A DNA stretch of 24,663 bases from Promethearchaeota archaeon (GCA_048941015.1 JBHLNZ010000046.1:1-24663), one strand, 5' to 3'. Positions 16,775-24,663 are shown, numbered from the stretch's first letter. Notes: generated by a model not told the origin, from the letters alone. Numbers and translations: made by a program.

Positions 16775-17272
16775 TTGTTTAAAACTATATTACAAATTAA
16801 TCCAGAAGTTTCAAAATTACTTAAAGGTATTGTTATTTGCAAAGAGACGGGAATATATTTATTAGATCTCATTTTAGACTCAAAAATTAACCCGATTTTA
16901 TTATCATCATTCGTAGGGGCATTATCTCTTTTTGGCCAGGAAAATATGGGCAAAATTGAAGAGATCACTATTAAAGGTTTAGACATTCAAATGATCATAG
17001 TAAACAAGTATAAACTAGTTTTAATTGCGATACTAGACAAAGATTTTGTCAAACAAGATGTAAGAAAAGAAGCAGAAAAGGCTTTAGATATGTTTTATTC
17101 ATTATACAAAGATAAAATAGGCGAATTTGTTGAAGTAAATGAATTTGAGTCTTTTAAAGAATTGCTTTACTATCAAATTGAAGAATACTTTAAAAAAGTT
17201 AATACTGAAGATATTAAGGATTTTGGTTTCTTTACGGAAGCAATTGCTAGACTTAAAAATGGCTCGGAATGA
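16775..17272 (+). CDS. Stand-alone longin/roadblock-like small protein (Asgard type)
   Basis: Predicted beta-beta-alpha-beta-beta-beta-alpha-alpha pattern: GIVICKETGIYL, NPILLSSFVGALSLFGQE, IEEITIKG...LVLIAILD, FYSLY...EFESF. Confidence 0.6.
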   Translation: MFKTILQINPEVSKLLKGIVICKETGIYLLDLILDSKINPILLSSFVGALSLFGQENMGKIEEITIKGLDIQMIIVNKYKLVLIAILDKDFVKQDVRKEAEKALDMFYSLYKDKIGEFVEVNEFESFKELLYYQIEEYFKKVNTEDIKDFGFFTEAIARLKNGSE

Positions 17273-17295
17273 ATTAATTGCTTATTTTTATAATT

Positions 17296-18180
17296 TTAAA
17301 ATTCTTTAGTTTTCTTTTTAAAAATCAAATCTCCATTTTTTACATTAAAGATTCTTTCCATCAAATTACATTTGGCTTTTAATAGGTAATAAACTTCTTT
17401 TTCAGGAATTTCCATCTGATATAGACTTTCGAAATTTCCTTGTCCTTTAGATAATATAATACCTTCCTTTAAGAAGAAGATCTTTTTAAACTCTTCTGTT
17501 GATGTTGAAAGTTCTATCCCAGGAGTAGGACCAGCTGCTATAATTGGTACTAACTTATTTAAGCCAATAAATTCAGCATCCTCAATAGTTACATCATTAA
17601 TTATTGGAGCGGCACGTACTGAATATACGATATTCAAATTAGGATGCATTAATTGAATTGTGGATATTAATAATTTATCAAAAACAATTTCACCACAATT
17701 GTCTCCTAAAATTAACAGATGTTCAGAATTTTCAATTGAATTTCTAAACTCTTTGTAGTCATTAATAACTAAATTTTCTGTTTTAAAATTTTTTATATCA
17801 CTAATAAAATCAATTTTATGTTGGGCTGCTAAATCTATTGTATTTCCTAGTGCTGCTACTATTATTGCTTCAAATAATGGGTCTTCCGCACTCTCGACTA
17901 TTTTTTTAGCTTCATCATAAAATTCTAAGGCAAGATTATTTTGTTCTTTTTTTAATTTAGCATAAGGATCTTCGATTTTAAGGGTCTCGGCAACAATTCC
18001 ATATGCTATTTTCCCAATGATAGGGGATGCGTTTTTATCTATATCAATATCGATAAGTTTTTTCATCAATTTCTTTTGAGCAGAGATAATAATCTCTCTT
18101 GAAACAGCAGGATTTAATAATTTAAATGCTCTTAACATCTGGTCCAAAATACAACCAACACATTCTGGTTCTAATTTCAT
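17296..18180 (-). CDS. DUF89 / ARMT1-like metal-dependent damage-control phosphatase
   Basis: MKLEPECVGC, DPYAKLK, GNTID, DNCGEIVFD, PIINDVT, KGQGNFESL and LKAKC. Start at ATG 18180 or 18192. Confidence 0.9.
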   Translation of the reverse strand: MKLEPECVGCILDQMLRAFKLLNPAVSREIIISAQKKLMKKLIDIDIDKNASPIIGKIAYGIVAETLKIEDPYAKLKKEQNNLALEFYDEAKKIVESAEDPLFEAIIVAALGNTIDLAAQHKIDFISDIKNFKTENLVINDYKEFRNSIENSEHLLILGDNCGEIVFDKLLISTIQLMHPNLNIVYSVRAAPIINDVTIEDAEFIGLNKLVPIIAAGPTPGIELSTSTEEFKKIFFLKEGIILSKGQGNFESLYQMEIPEKEVYYLLKAKCNLMERIFNVKNGDLIFKKKTKEF

Positions 18181-18333
18181 GATGATAATCATTTTTAGCT
18201 AAGTTAATAAATAAAAATTATACTCGATTTTAAATTCTTTTTAAAAATAATTAGAAAACAAATTAAAAAAAAGACTTTTAAATGATAAAAGAAAATAGTT
18301 GTATATCATCAATTAAATTTAAAAAAAAAATAA

Positions 18334-19659
18334 ATGAATAAAATGTCAAACACTAAATATAAATTTAGAGTAGGACAAACCTTTATTATTGGTTTAGCAT
18401 TTTTTTCTTCGGAAATAGCATGGGCTCTTTATAATGCTCAAGTTCCCCTTTTACTTGAGGGTTACTTAACTCTTCAATTCCTTGTTGGGTTCTGGATGGC
18501 TCTTGATAATATAATTGGAGTCATTATTCAACCAATTATGGGATCAATTTCAGACAATACTCGAACGAAATTAGGCAGACGGATGCCTTATTTGATTATT
18601 GGAATTCCGCTTGGTGCTCTATTTTTTTCCTTAATACCAACCCAAACATCTTTAATTATGCTCTTATTATGGATGTTCTTTTTTGGTTTAAGTATGGGAT
18701 TTTACAGAGCACAAGCAGTATCAATAATGCCAGATTTTGTACGACCTGTTCACAGAAGTAAAGGTAATGCTATTATTAATTTGATGGGAGGAATTGGTGT
18801 AGCATTTGGATACGGTTTTAGTTTATTATTAAGTTTATTTGGGTTACAAACCTTATTTTTAATAATATCGATAATAATGGTAGTTGCATTATTTATACTC
18901 TTATGGCGTATTAAAGAGAAAGATTCATATAGCTATCAATTAATTTTAGAAATGGAAGCTAAGGAAGGTGCAAAAATTAAAGAAAAGAAAAGCACACCTG
19001 GATTGATTGAAAGTGTAAAAGATATAATGCAAGAAGAAGATAAAAGCACTTTATTTATTTTGTTTGCTATCTTTTTTTGGTTCATTGGATATCAGGGAAT
19101 AGTTGCTTTAATCTCTATTTATGGAGTTAGAGTATTAGGATATGATCCTGGTCTGGCTGGTTTTTTACCATTTCTGGTAACAGTGCCACTTTTAATTTCA
19201 ATTTATCCCTTAGCGATACTTGCTACTAAAATCGGCAGAAGAAAAACAATTAAGATTGGTATTATTATATGGATTTTAATGCTAATAGCTGGTTTTTTTA
19301 TGGGGTTAATAAAAGCACCCCTATATGTGATGGCGATACCTTTAGCATTATTAGGTATTGGATGGGCTATGATAAACACCAATTCAATAGTAATAGTCTG
19401 GGAATTAGCTCCAACTGAAAAAAAAATAGGAACATATACTGGATTATATTACTTTTTCAGTTATATGGCGGCTATATTTGGACCCATGATAGTCGGAGGA
19501 TTAACTGATTTATTTGGCGATCCTTCTTTACTTCTAAATGGGGCGTTTTTCTTTATTATTGCATTTATTATGATGATGTTCTTAAAAAGAGGCGAAGTCG
19601 AATTAACCGAAGAAGAAAAATTAGCTAGAGAAAAAGCAATCCAAGAGTTACGTAGTTAA
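18334..19659 (+). CDS. MFS transporter (GPH / SLC45 maltose-sucrose-like family)
   Basis: About 12 TM segments; DNIIGVIIQPIMGSISDNTRTKLGRRMPY, MPD...RSKGNAIINLMG, KIGRRKT and GTYTGLYYFFS. Confidence 0.9.
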   Translation: MNKMSNTKYKFRVGQTFIIGLAFFSSEIAWALYNAQVPLLLEGYLTLQFLVGFWMALDNIIGVIIQPIMGSISDNTRTKLGRRMPYLIIGIPLGALFFSLIPTQTSLIMLLLWMFFFGLSMGFYRAQAVSIMPDFVRPVHRSKGNAIINLMGGIGVAFGYGFSLLLSLFGLQTLFLIISIIMVVALFILLWRIKEKDSYSYQLILEMEAKEGAKIKEKKSTPGLIESVKDIMQEEDKSTLFILFAIFFWFIGYQGIVALISIYGVRVLGYDPGLAGFLPFLVTVPLLISIYPLAILATKIGRRKTIKIGIIIWILMLIAGFFMGLIKAPLYVMAIPLALLGIGWAMINTNSIVIVWELAPTEKKIGTYTGLYYFFSYMAAIFGPMIVGGLTDLFGDPSLLLNGAFFFIIAFIMMMFLKRGEVELTEEEKLAREKAIQELRS

Positions 19660-19715
19660 ATATTCAAATTCTTCTTTTTTTTTATTTCATTAGATAAAAA
19701 TAAGAAAAAAAATAT

Positions 19716-19868
19716 TTAAAGAGATATTTCTATTTTTATTGTTTCAATTTCTTCTGGAACCTTTTTAGCGGATTTTAAATAACCTAAAATTATGTTAGTT
19801 AGCATATTTTCCATCTGTTCGTTTAGAGATAATTCTTTATCATTAACCATCAAATTTACTTCAGTCAT
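19716..19868 (-). CDS. 50-aa protein resembling the C-terminal extension domain of MobB
   Basis: Below the ORF-track cutoff. MTEVNLMVNDKELSLNEQMENMLTNIILGYLKSAKKVPEEIETIKIEISL*; co-oriented 70 nt downstream of the DtxR-type gene. Confidence 0.7.
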   Translation of the reverse strand: MTEVNLMVNDKELSLNEQMENMLTNIILGYLKSAKKVPEEIETIKIEISL

Positions 19869-19938
19869 AATTTCTCATTAAATGTTTTACTCTTTAAATT
19901 TTTGGATTATAAAATAATTAATAAATTAATTAATCATC

Positions 19939-20319
19939 TTATTTTTCAAATGCCAGATCTTCTAAGGCATTCAAAACTTCTGGAGTTATATGATGTTCAA
20001 TCTTGCAACAGATTTCATCTAATTTAGAATTATTTTTCATTTTTAAAACATGTATAAAAAAATGTTTTAATTCTTTATATTTATTAATTGTATTCATTGC
20101 CACTTTTTTCCCTTTAGACGTTAATCTTAAGGATTTTCTCGGAGTCCAATCCACTAATTCTTGATTTTTCAAATTATACAACATGCCTGTAACTGATGAT
20201 GGTCTAACTCCTAATAATTCTGAAATCTCAGAATTGGATACCCAACCACCTTTCTTCCTTTTTGAGATTATATAAATAGCTTTAAGATAATCTTCATAAC
20301 TTTCATGAATTTCTGGCAT
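19939..20319 (-). CDS. DtxR/MntR-family metal-dependent transcriptional regulator (no FeoA domain)
   Basis: SYEDYLKAIY, EISELLGVRPSSVTGML, LTSKG and CCKIEHHIT. Confidence 0.92.
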   Translation of the reverse strand: MPEIHESYEDYLKAIYIISKRKKGGWVSNSEISELLGVRPSSVTGMLYNLKNQELVDWTPRKSLRLTSKGKKVAMNTINKYKELKHFFIHVLKMKNNSKLDEICCKIEHHITPEVLNALEDLAFEK

Positions 20320-20365
20320 CTTTTTAAAACTTAAAAAATGTTAACAAATAAGATAATGAAAAAAA

Positions 20366-20743
20366 TTATTCTTTTGTTTCTAATTCTTCTATTTTTTTGG
20401 ATATATCCTCTAAAGCGCTTTTAATCTCTTTCATTTCGGATTCTAGATAATCTTTTTCTTGCTTCAACATGGTTAGCTGATCACCAGAACTTACCGGTTG
20501 CATTGGTGCGAAAACAGGAGCTGGAGCTGTATATGGAGCATAAGTTGGAACTCTATAATCCCACCCATATCCTCTACCACGGCCCCAACCCATACCACGA
20601 CCCCAACCCATGCCTCGACCCCAACCTCTTCCCATACCGGTTCCTTTAGTATAACCAGGTGTGCTATAACCAGCACAATACCCTAGCGCTCTTCCTGTCA
20701 TTGGACCAAGTCCTCGAGGTCCTGTTCTATCTCCTCCGGGCAT
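20366..20743 (-). CDS. DUF5320-family protein
   Basis: MPGGDRTGPRGLGPMTGRALGYCAG N-terminus, Gly/Arg-rich middle, C-terminal coiled coil (LKQEKDYLESEMKEIKSALEDI). Confidence 0.88.
   Translation of the reverse strand: MPGGDRTGPRGLGPMTGRALGYCAGYSTPGYTKGTGMGRGWGRGMGWGRGMGWGRGRGYGWDYRVPTYAPYTAPAPVFAPMQPVSSGDQLTMLKQEKDYLESEMKEIKSALEDISKKIEELETKE
20572..20637 (-). repeat. Intragenic ~18-bp degenerate tandem repeat encoding GRG(MG)W
   Basis: CCCCAACC recurs three times at 18-nt spacing; encodes GMGRGWGRGMGWGRGMGWGRGRG. Confidence 0.7.
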
Positions 20744-20775
20744 TTTTTATTTTATCACCATTTTTTATTTTATTT

Positions 20776-20789
20776 TGAATAATTATTAA
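20776..20789. promoter_or_regulatory. Operator candidate (1 mismatch) upstream of DUF5320
   Basis: TGAATAATTATTAA, about 33 nt upstream of ATG 20743. Confidence 0.5.
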
Positions 20790-20832
20790 TAATGTCCAAG
20801 TTACTATAGTAAAATTGAATATTTAAATATTA

Positions 20833-20846
20833 TGAATGAGTATTCA
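20833..20846. promoter_or_regulatory. Palindromic operator candidate between the divergent DUF5320 and MBL genes
   Basis: TGAATGAGTATTCA, flanked by TTA and AAA. Confidence 0.62.
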
Positions 20847-21012
20847 AAATCACCTAGAGCCTGCCTTTTCTTAATTTCTTATTGTTTTAAACTTTTTATA
20901 TTTTATTGATTCTATAGGAAATGGGAATCAATTTTTCATGAAATTTTCTTTAGGTTTAAACAATAGCATTAAAAATTATTAATCTTAAATTGTTTATAGA
21001 ATTAGTATAATT

Positions 21013-21026
21013 AGAATAATTATTCA
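21013..21026. promoter_or_regulatory. Operator candidate (1 mismatch) immediately upstream of the MBL hydrolase gene
   Basis: AGAATAATTATTCA, 13 nt before ATG 21040. Confidence 0.55.
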
Positions 21027-21030
21027 TTAT

Positions 21031-21726
21031 TTGAAAAATATGACTATTAATTTATCATTTGAAATTCGCATTGTTTATGATGATCTATGTTCTGAAGTAG
21101 GTTTTCGGACAGGTTTTGGTTTTTCTGCTTTATTATATAATTATTCTACGCAGAATTTCTTATTGTTTGATACGGGTGGAAACGGTGAAACCTTAGTTCA
21201 TAATATAAATAACTTTAATATTGATGTGTCCCAAATTCATAAAGCAATCATCTCCCATAATCATCATGATCACGCTGGAGGATTATTAGAAATTTATAGG
21301 TATAATAAAAATATTGAAATTTATGTTCCTTTAAATACCGTCAATTCATTTAGAAAGGCATTTCCCGACGCATCAGTTGATGGAAAATCGGAAATGTTTG
21401 AGATTGAAAATAATGTTTTCTCTTCAGGTCTGTTTTCAGGAAGTTTCACACCAGAACAGTGTTTAATTCTAAAAGTAAATGATGGTAAGATAGTTTTATT
21501 AGTGGGTTGTGCACACCCTGGTTTAGAACGATTTATAATAAAAGCTCGAGAATTAGGAGACATTAAAGGGATAATTGGAGGTTTTCATGGTTTTCGGAAA
21601 TTTAATTATTTAGAAGGAATTGACTTTATTGGTGCTTGTCATTGCACACAACATATTAATTCTATAAAGACAAAATTTCCTAATGCTTTTCATAAAATAT
21701 GTGTAGGAAGCACTCTAAAATTCTAA
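21031..21726 (+). CDS. Metallo-beta-lactamase-fold hydrolase (COG1237-like)
   Basis: GFGFSAL, LFDTG, SHNHHDHAGG, GCAHPG, GGFH and CHCT. Start at TTG 21031 or ATG 21040. Confidence 0.9.
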   Translation: MKNMTINLSFEIRIVYDDLCSEVGFRTGFGFSALLYNYSTQNFLLFDTGGNGETLVHNINNFNIDVSQIHKAIISHNHHDHAGGLLEIYRYNKNIEIYVPLNTVNSFRKAFPDASVDGKSEMFEIENNVFSSGLFSGSFTPEQCLILKVNDGKIVLLVGCAHPGLERFIIKARELGDIKGIIGGFHGFRKFNYLEGIDFIGACHCTQHINSIKTKFPNAFHKICVGSTLKF

Positions 21727-21915
21727 ATCCTGTCTGATTTCACCATTAGGTAGCATATTATCAGGATGATTTTCTCCACTTTCTTCCTTTTGATATCTTA
21801 TACAGTTTTTATTTCCAATAAGACAATAATCCTCAACCCATTTTGATTCTAACATTCCATTATCAACAAAATATTTAATTGGACAACAATAATACCATTT
21901 ACAAATTCTACCCAA
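21715..21915 (-). CDS. Small Cys-rich hypothetical protein (66 aa), probable metal binder
   Basis: CKWYYCCP...WVEDYC...NCIRY...HPDNMLPNG; starts 9 nt after the radical SAM stop, with AGGGTTGA upstream of TTG. Confidence 0.75.
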   Translation of the reverse strand: MGRICKWYYCCPIKYFVDNGMLESKWVEDYCLIGNKNCIRYQKEESGENHPDNMLPNGEIRQDLEF

Positions 21916-21924
21916 GTTTCAACC

Positions 21925-22875
21925 CTAAATAATATTATTAAAATTTTCTGCCAAACCATAAAAGATTTGATTATTATATTCAATTTTTCTAACTTTATTT
22001 TGAGATTCGAGTTTTTTTAACTGCAATAAGATTTTAACCTTTGGAAATTTTTCGCTCGAAAAGGTTTTAAGAATTTGTTCCTTTCTCATTGGATGTCTTT
22101 CAATTATTTTTATCAGCTCTTTTTCAAAATTCTTAGAATAAAACTTAAATTTACCTATTTCAGGGAAAAAAATATTATTATACTCTCCAAAAATTTCATT
22201 TAGAAGAGATATTATGCTTTTATCAGGCATTTTAACCCATTTTTCAGTAGGGGGTCTTATTGGAATATTAAAATCTATTCTATCAGGTTTTATAACATCA
22301 ATTATCTGTTTTATCTCTATAAGTTCTTCTTTATGGTCATTAACATCTTTTATTAGCATTACCTCAATCCAAAATTTTCCCGCATAATTATTTCTAAAAT
22401 CAATCATTCCCTGTATCATTTCGTCAAATTTTAAAGAAGGATGAGGTCTATTTATCTTAATAAAAAGTTTTTCGTTGCCTGCATCCAAACTAGGTAAAAT
22501 AACATCAGCAAACATTAACGCCTGTCTAACTTCTTCATCATACAAAAGACTTCCATTTGTAATTACGCAAATTGGTTTCTTTGATAATTCTTTAACTTCA
22601 TCAATCAAAATTTTTAAATCCTTGTATAAAGTAGGTTCTCCACTGCCAACGAAAGTTATATAGTCAAAAAGACCTTTGTTTTTCTTAACTGCTTCTTTAA
22701 TTTCTGAAATTATAGCTTTTATTGGGAAAAAATTTTCTCGCTTATTAGTAAAGTGCGTAGTTTTTCCCAATTGACAATAAATACATTGATAATTACAGGT
22801 TTTTGAGGGAATAGGGTCGATTCCAAGTGATCTTCCTAATCTTCTACTTGGAACAGGCCCATAAACATATTTCAT
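21925..22875 (-). CDS. Radical SAM protein (COG0731-like Fe-S oxidoreductase)
   Basis: YVYGPVPSRRLGRSLGID, CNYQCIYC, GSGEPTL, ITNGSL, PSLDAG, INRPH and RPP. Start set to ATG 22875 to remove the overlap with iscU. Confidence 0.9.
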   Translation of the reverse strand: MKYVYGPVPSRRLGRSLGIDPIPSKTCNYQCIYCQLGKTTHFTNKRENFFPIKAIISEIKEAVKKNKGLFDYITFVGSGEPTLYKDLKILIDEVKELSKKPICVITNGSLLYDEEVRQALMFADVILPSLDAGNEKLFIKINRPHPSLKFDEMIQGMIDFRNNYAGKFWIEVMLIKDVNDHKEELIEIKQIIDVIKPDRIDFNIPIRPPTEKWVKMPDKSIISLLNEIFGEYNNIFFPEIGKFKFYSKNFEKELIKIIERHPMRKEQILKTFSSEKFPKVKILLQLKKLESQNKVRKIEYNNQIFYGLAENFNNII

Positions 22876-22888
22876 ACTTAGATCTTGA

Positions 22889-23326
22889 TTAGATATTTTT
22901 TTTATATTTCTCAATTGCTTTTTTTAAGGTGTTTACAGCTAATAAAGCACAATGTTTATGATCCTCAGGAAGACCTTTTAATGCTTTATCTAAATCTTCT
23001 GGTGTTAACCTTTCGGCGAAATCTATACTTTTTCCTTCAATAAGAAGCATTGTCTGGCTAGCAGTGGCAACAGAAGCGCCGCACCCATCAGTAATAAAAT
23101 TTGCTTTTTCTATAATATTATTTTCAATCTTAAAGAAGAATTCCATCGTATCTCCACATGGACCTTTATCACTCTGTGATAATGTTATATCTTTATCCGA
23201 AGGTTTACCCCAATTCTTAGGATTATGAAAAAGTTCGACGATATGTTCATTATAATCTTCTAATTCTTTTTCTATTATTTCCTTTTGGAGATCATCAACA
23301 AATTTATCAAAATCATCTTTAGCCAT
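22889..23326 (-). CDS. iscU: IscU/NifU-N-like Fe-S cluster scaffold protein
   Basis: FHNPKNWG, GPCGDT, DGCGAS and GLPEDHKHCA (three conserved Cys); acidic N-terminal extension. Confidence 0.88.
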   Translation of the reverse strand: MAKDDFDKFVDDLQKEIIEKELEDYNEHIVELFHNPKNWGKPSDKDITLSQSDKGPCGDTMEFFFKIENNIIEKANFITDGCGASVATASQTMLLIEGKSIDFAERLTPEDLDKALKGLPEDHKHCALLAVNTLKKAIEKYKKNI

Positions 23327-23360
23327 TTGCTTCTCACTAGACTTGATCTTTCGTTTTTTA

Positions 23361-23374
23361 TGAATATTTATTCG
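23361..23374. promoter_or_regulatory. Operator candidate (1 mismatch) upstream of the iscU operon
   Basis: TGAATATTTATTCG, about 35 nt upstream of ATG 23326. Confidence 0.55.
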
Positions 23375-23580
23375 AGAAAATAAATTATCCTTCTAAAATT
23401 AAATTTTACATTTTGTAAGAATAGGATTAAACAGTTTAATAAATAAATTACTGAAAATACCTACAAGAGGAAGAATGAGCTATAAATTAACAAATCCCCC
23501 ATTAATTATAAAAATGTTTATGTTTATTAGTTGAGCCCTACATATCATTTTCTGAAAAATAATTTATAATGTGTCAAAAA

Positions 23581-24663
23581 TTATGTAAATAGTAGTCGAT
23601 CGATTATATCATTTTGAATTGGAGTTCCCAAATCTATGAAAGTGGCATTATATCCTCCAACCTTCACAATTAAATCTGGATATTTTTCAGGATGTTTCTG
23701 AGCATCTCGCAAAGTTTCAGTTGAGACGACATTCGGTTGTAATTGCATGCCTCCAAATTCAAAGTAAGTTTTAATTAGATGGTAAAATTTATCCAGATTT
23801 TCTTCACTCTTAAGATTCTGAGGATGCATTCTTATATTTACAGCAATACCATTAGTGGCATAATCATAGTTCAATTTTGATAAGGAATTTAAAACTGCAG
23901 TAATTCCATTCTTCTCTACATTATTTACCGGCGATAAACTATTTGAGATGGCTTCCATTGCTTTCCTTCCGTCAGCGGATGGTCTTGTGAAAAATCCTTC
24001 CATTACATGAATTCCCATTGAATAAGCCCCCGCACTATATCTTCCACCTCTTACGGGTTTATAATTTGCAACTTCTTTTGTAAATAAATCCCACAATTCC
24101 ACTGCAAATGAATCAATTTCTTCTTGGTCATTTCCCCATTTTTCATATTTATTGATTAATTTTTGTCTGAAATCTTCTTGACCTTCGAAATTTGAGTTTA
24201 AAATATTAATTAAATCGGGTAAGGTCATCTGTTTTTCCTCATACACTACTTTTTTAATATTATACAGTGAGTCAACTAAGGTTGCGAATCCATATGCTGT
24301 TATCGAAGAAAAATTATATTTAGCGCCTCCACAAACATGATCTCTACCCTTTTCCATACACCCTTCTAATGTTGCAGAAACAAAAGGGTGTTGAAAATAT
24401 TTCATAGCTTCAATATCTCCAACTTCAGCTATTTCTGTTGCCCTTTTAACGTTATATTTGAGCTGACGAACGAAAGCTTCATAAAGATCATCAAATGTTT
24501 TAAATTGAGATGGATCACCTGTTTGCAAGCCATCAACTTTTTTGGTTAAATTACTATAACCATTATTTAAAGTTAATTCTAATACGCCAGGCAAATTCAT
24601 AAACATTCTACCCGTAGCAGCAAAACTATTCCCTTGTCCTGTAGGTTCAACACAACCTATTAA
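23581..24663 (-). CDS. Glycyl-radical enzyme (PFL2/eliminase type), C-terminal part; 5' truncated by window edge
   Basis: The frame is open to the window end and reads LIGCVEPTGQGNSFAATGRMFMN (Cys loop), then GGAKYN, KWGND, PSADGR, DAQKHPEKYPDLIVKVGGY (Gly loop). Confidence 0.9.
   Translation of the reverse strand, partial: LIGCVEPTGQGNSFAATGRMFMNLPGVLELTLNNGYSNLTKKVDGLQTGDPSQFKTFDDLYEAFVRQLKYNVKRATEIAEVGDIEAMKYFQHPFVSATLEGCMEKGRDHVCGGAKYNFSSITAYGFATLVDSLYNIKKVVYEEKQMTLPDLINILNSNFEGQEDFRQKLINKYEKWGNDQEEIDSFAVELWDLFTKEVANYKPVRGGRYSAGAYSMGIHVMEGFFTRPSADGRKAMEAISNSLSPVNNVEKNGITAVLNSLSKLNYDYATNGIAVNIRMHPQNLKSEENLDKFYHLIKTYFEFGGMQLQPNVVSTETLRDAQKHPEKYPDLIVKVGGYNATFIDLGTPIQNDIIDRLLFT

Noticed and set aside
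20572-20637. GC-rich repeat as a possible CRISPR array or ncRNA
   Set aside because: It is codon-phased inside DUF5320, has no spacers, and is explained by Gly/Arg/Trp codons.
20949-20964. DtxR-box-like TTAGGTTTAAACAA (and AGGTTAAACTAA near 16633)
   Set aside because: Only half-site similarity with poor symmetry; insufficient in such AT-rich DNA.
1381-22663. Short ORF-track entries overlapping real genes (1381, 9276, 10501, 14353, 14414, 15629, 16134, 16768, 20491, 20498, 21321, 22475)
   Set aside because: All lie antisense or out of frame within well-supported genes and show no recognisable motifs or RBS.
1-24663. tRNA/rRNA genes, transposases, integrases, CRISPR arrays
   Set aside because: None seen; intergenic regions are short and very AT-rich, and no ORF has mobile-element motifs.

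Overview
AT-rich archaeal window, most likely from an Asgard archaeon (Lokiarchaeia-like). The evidence for this is a Rab-like small GTPase without a prenylation tail, a stand-alone longin-like protein, GGTGA-type ribosome-binding sites and fwd genes. Left to right: the 3' end of a vWA/CoxE-like gene; a DUF389 membrane protein; a long-chain acyl-CoA ligase; a translationally coupled three-gene operon of unknown function (two-TM receptor-like GNAT acetyltransferase, SelO/kinase-like protein, winged-helix/coiled-coil protein); a fwdG-B-D-A-like cluster whose catalytic motifs are altered; an ~11.5 kb metallocofactor/Fe-S gene neighbourhood (2x MinD-ferredoxin ATPase, 2x NifB/NifX, Mrp/Nbp35, DUF89, DtxR-type regulator, DUF5320, MBL hydrolase, radical SAM, IscU) with the Rab and longin genes and an MFS transporter interleaved; and the 3' part of a glycyl-radical enzyme. 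The strongest candidates for undescribed biology are (1) the GNAT / SelO-like / wHTH operon, (2) a recurring TGAAT-N4-ATTCA palindrome in front of five transcription units, and (3) the jointly degenerate Fwd paralogue. All family calls come from reading motifs by eye; no searches were run.
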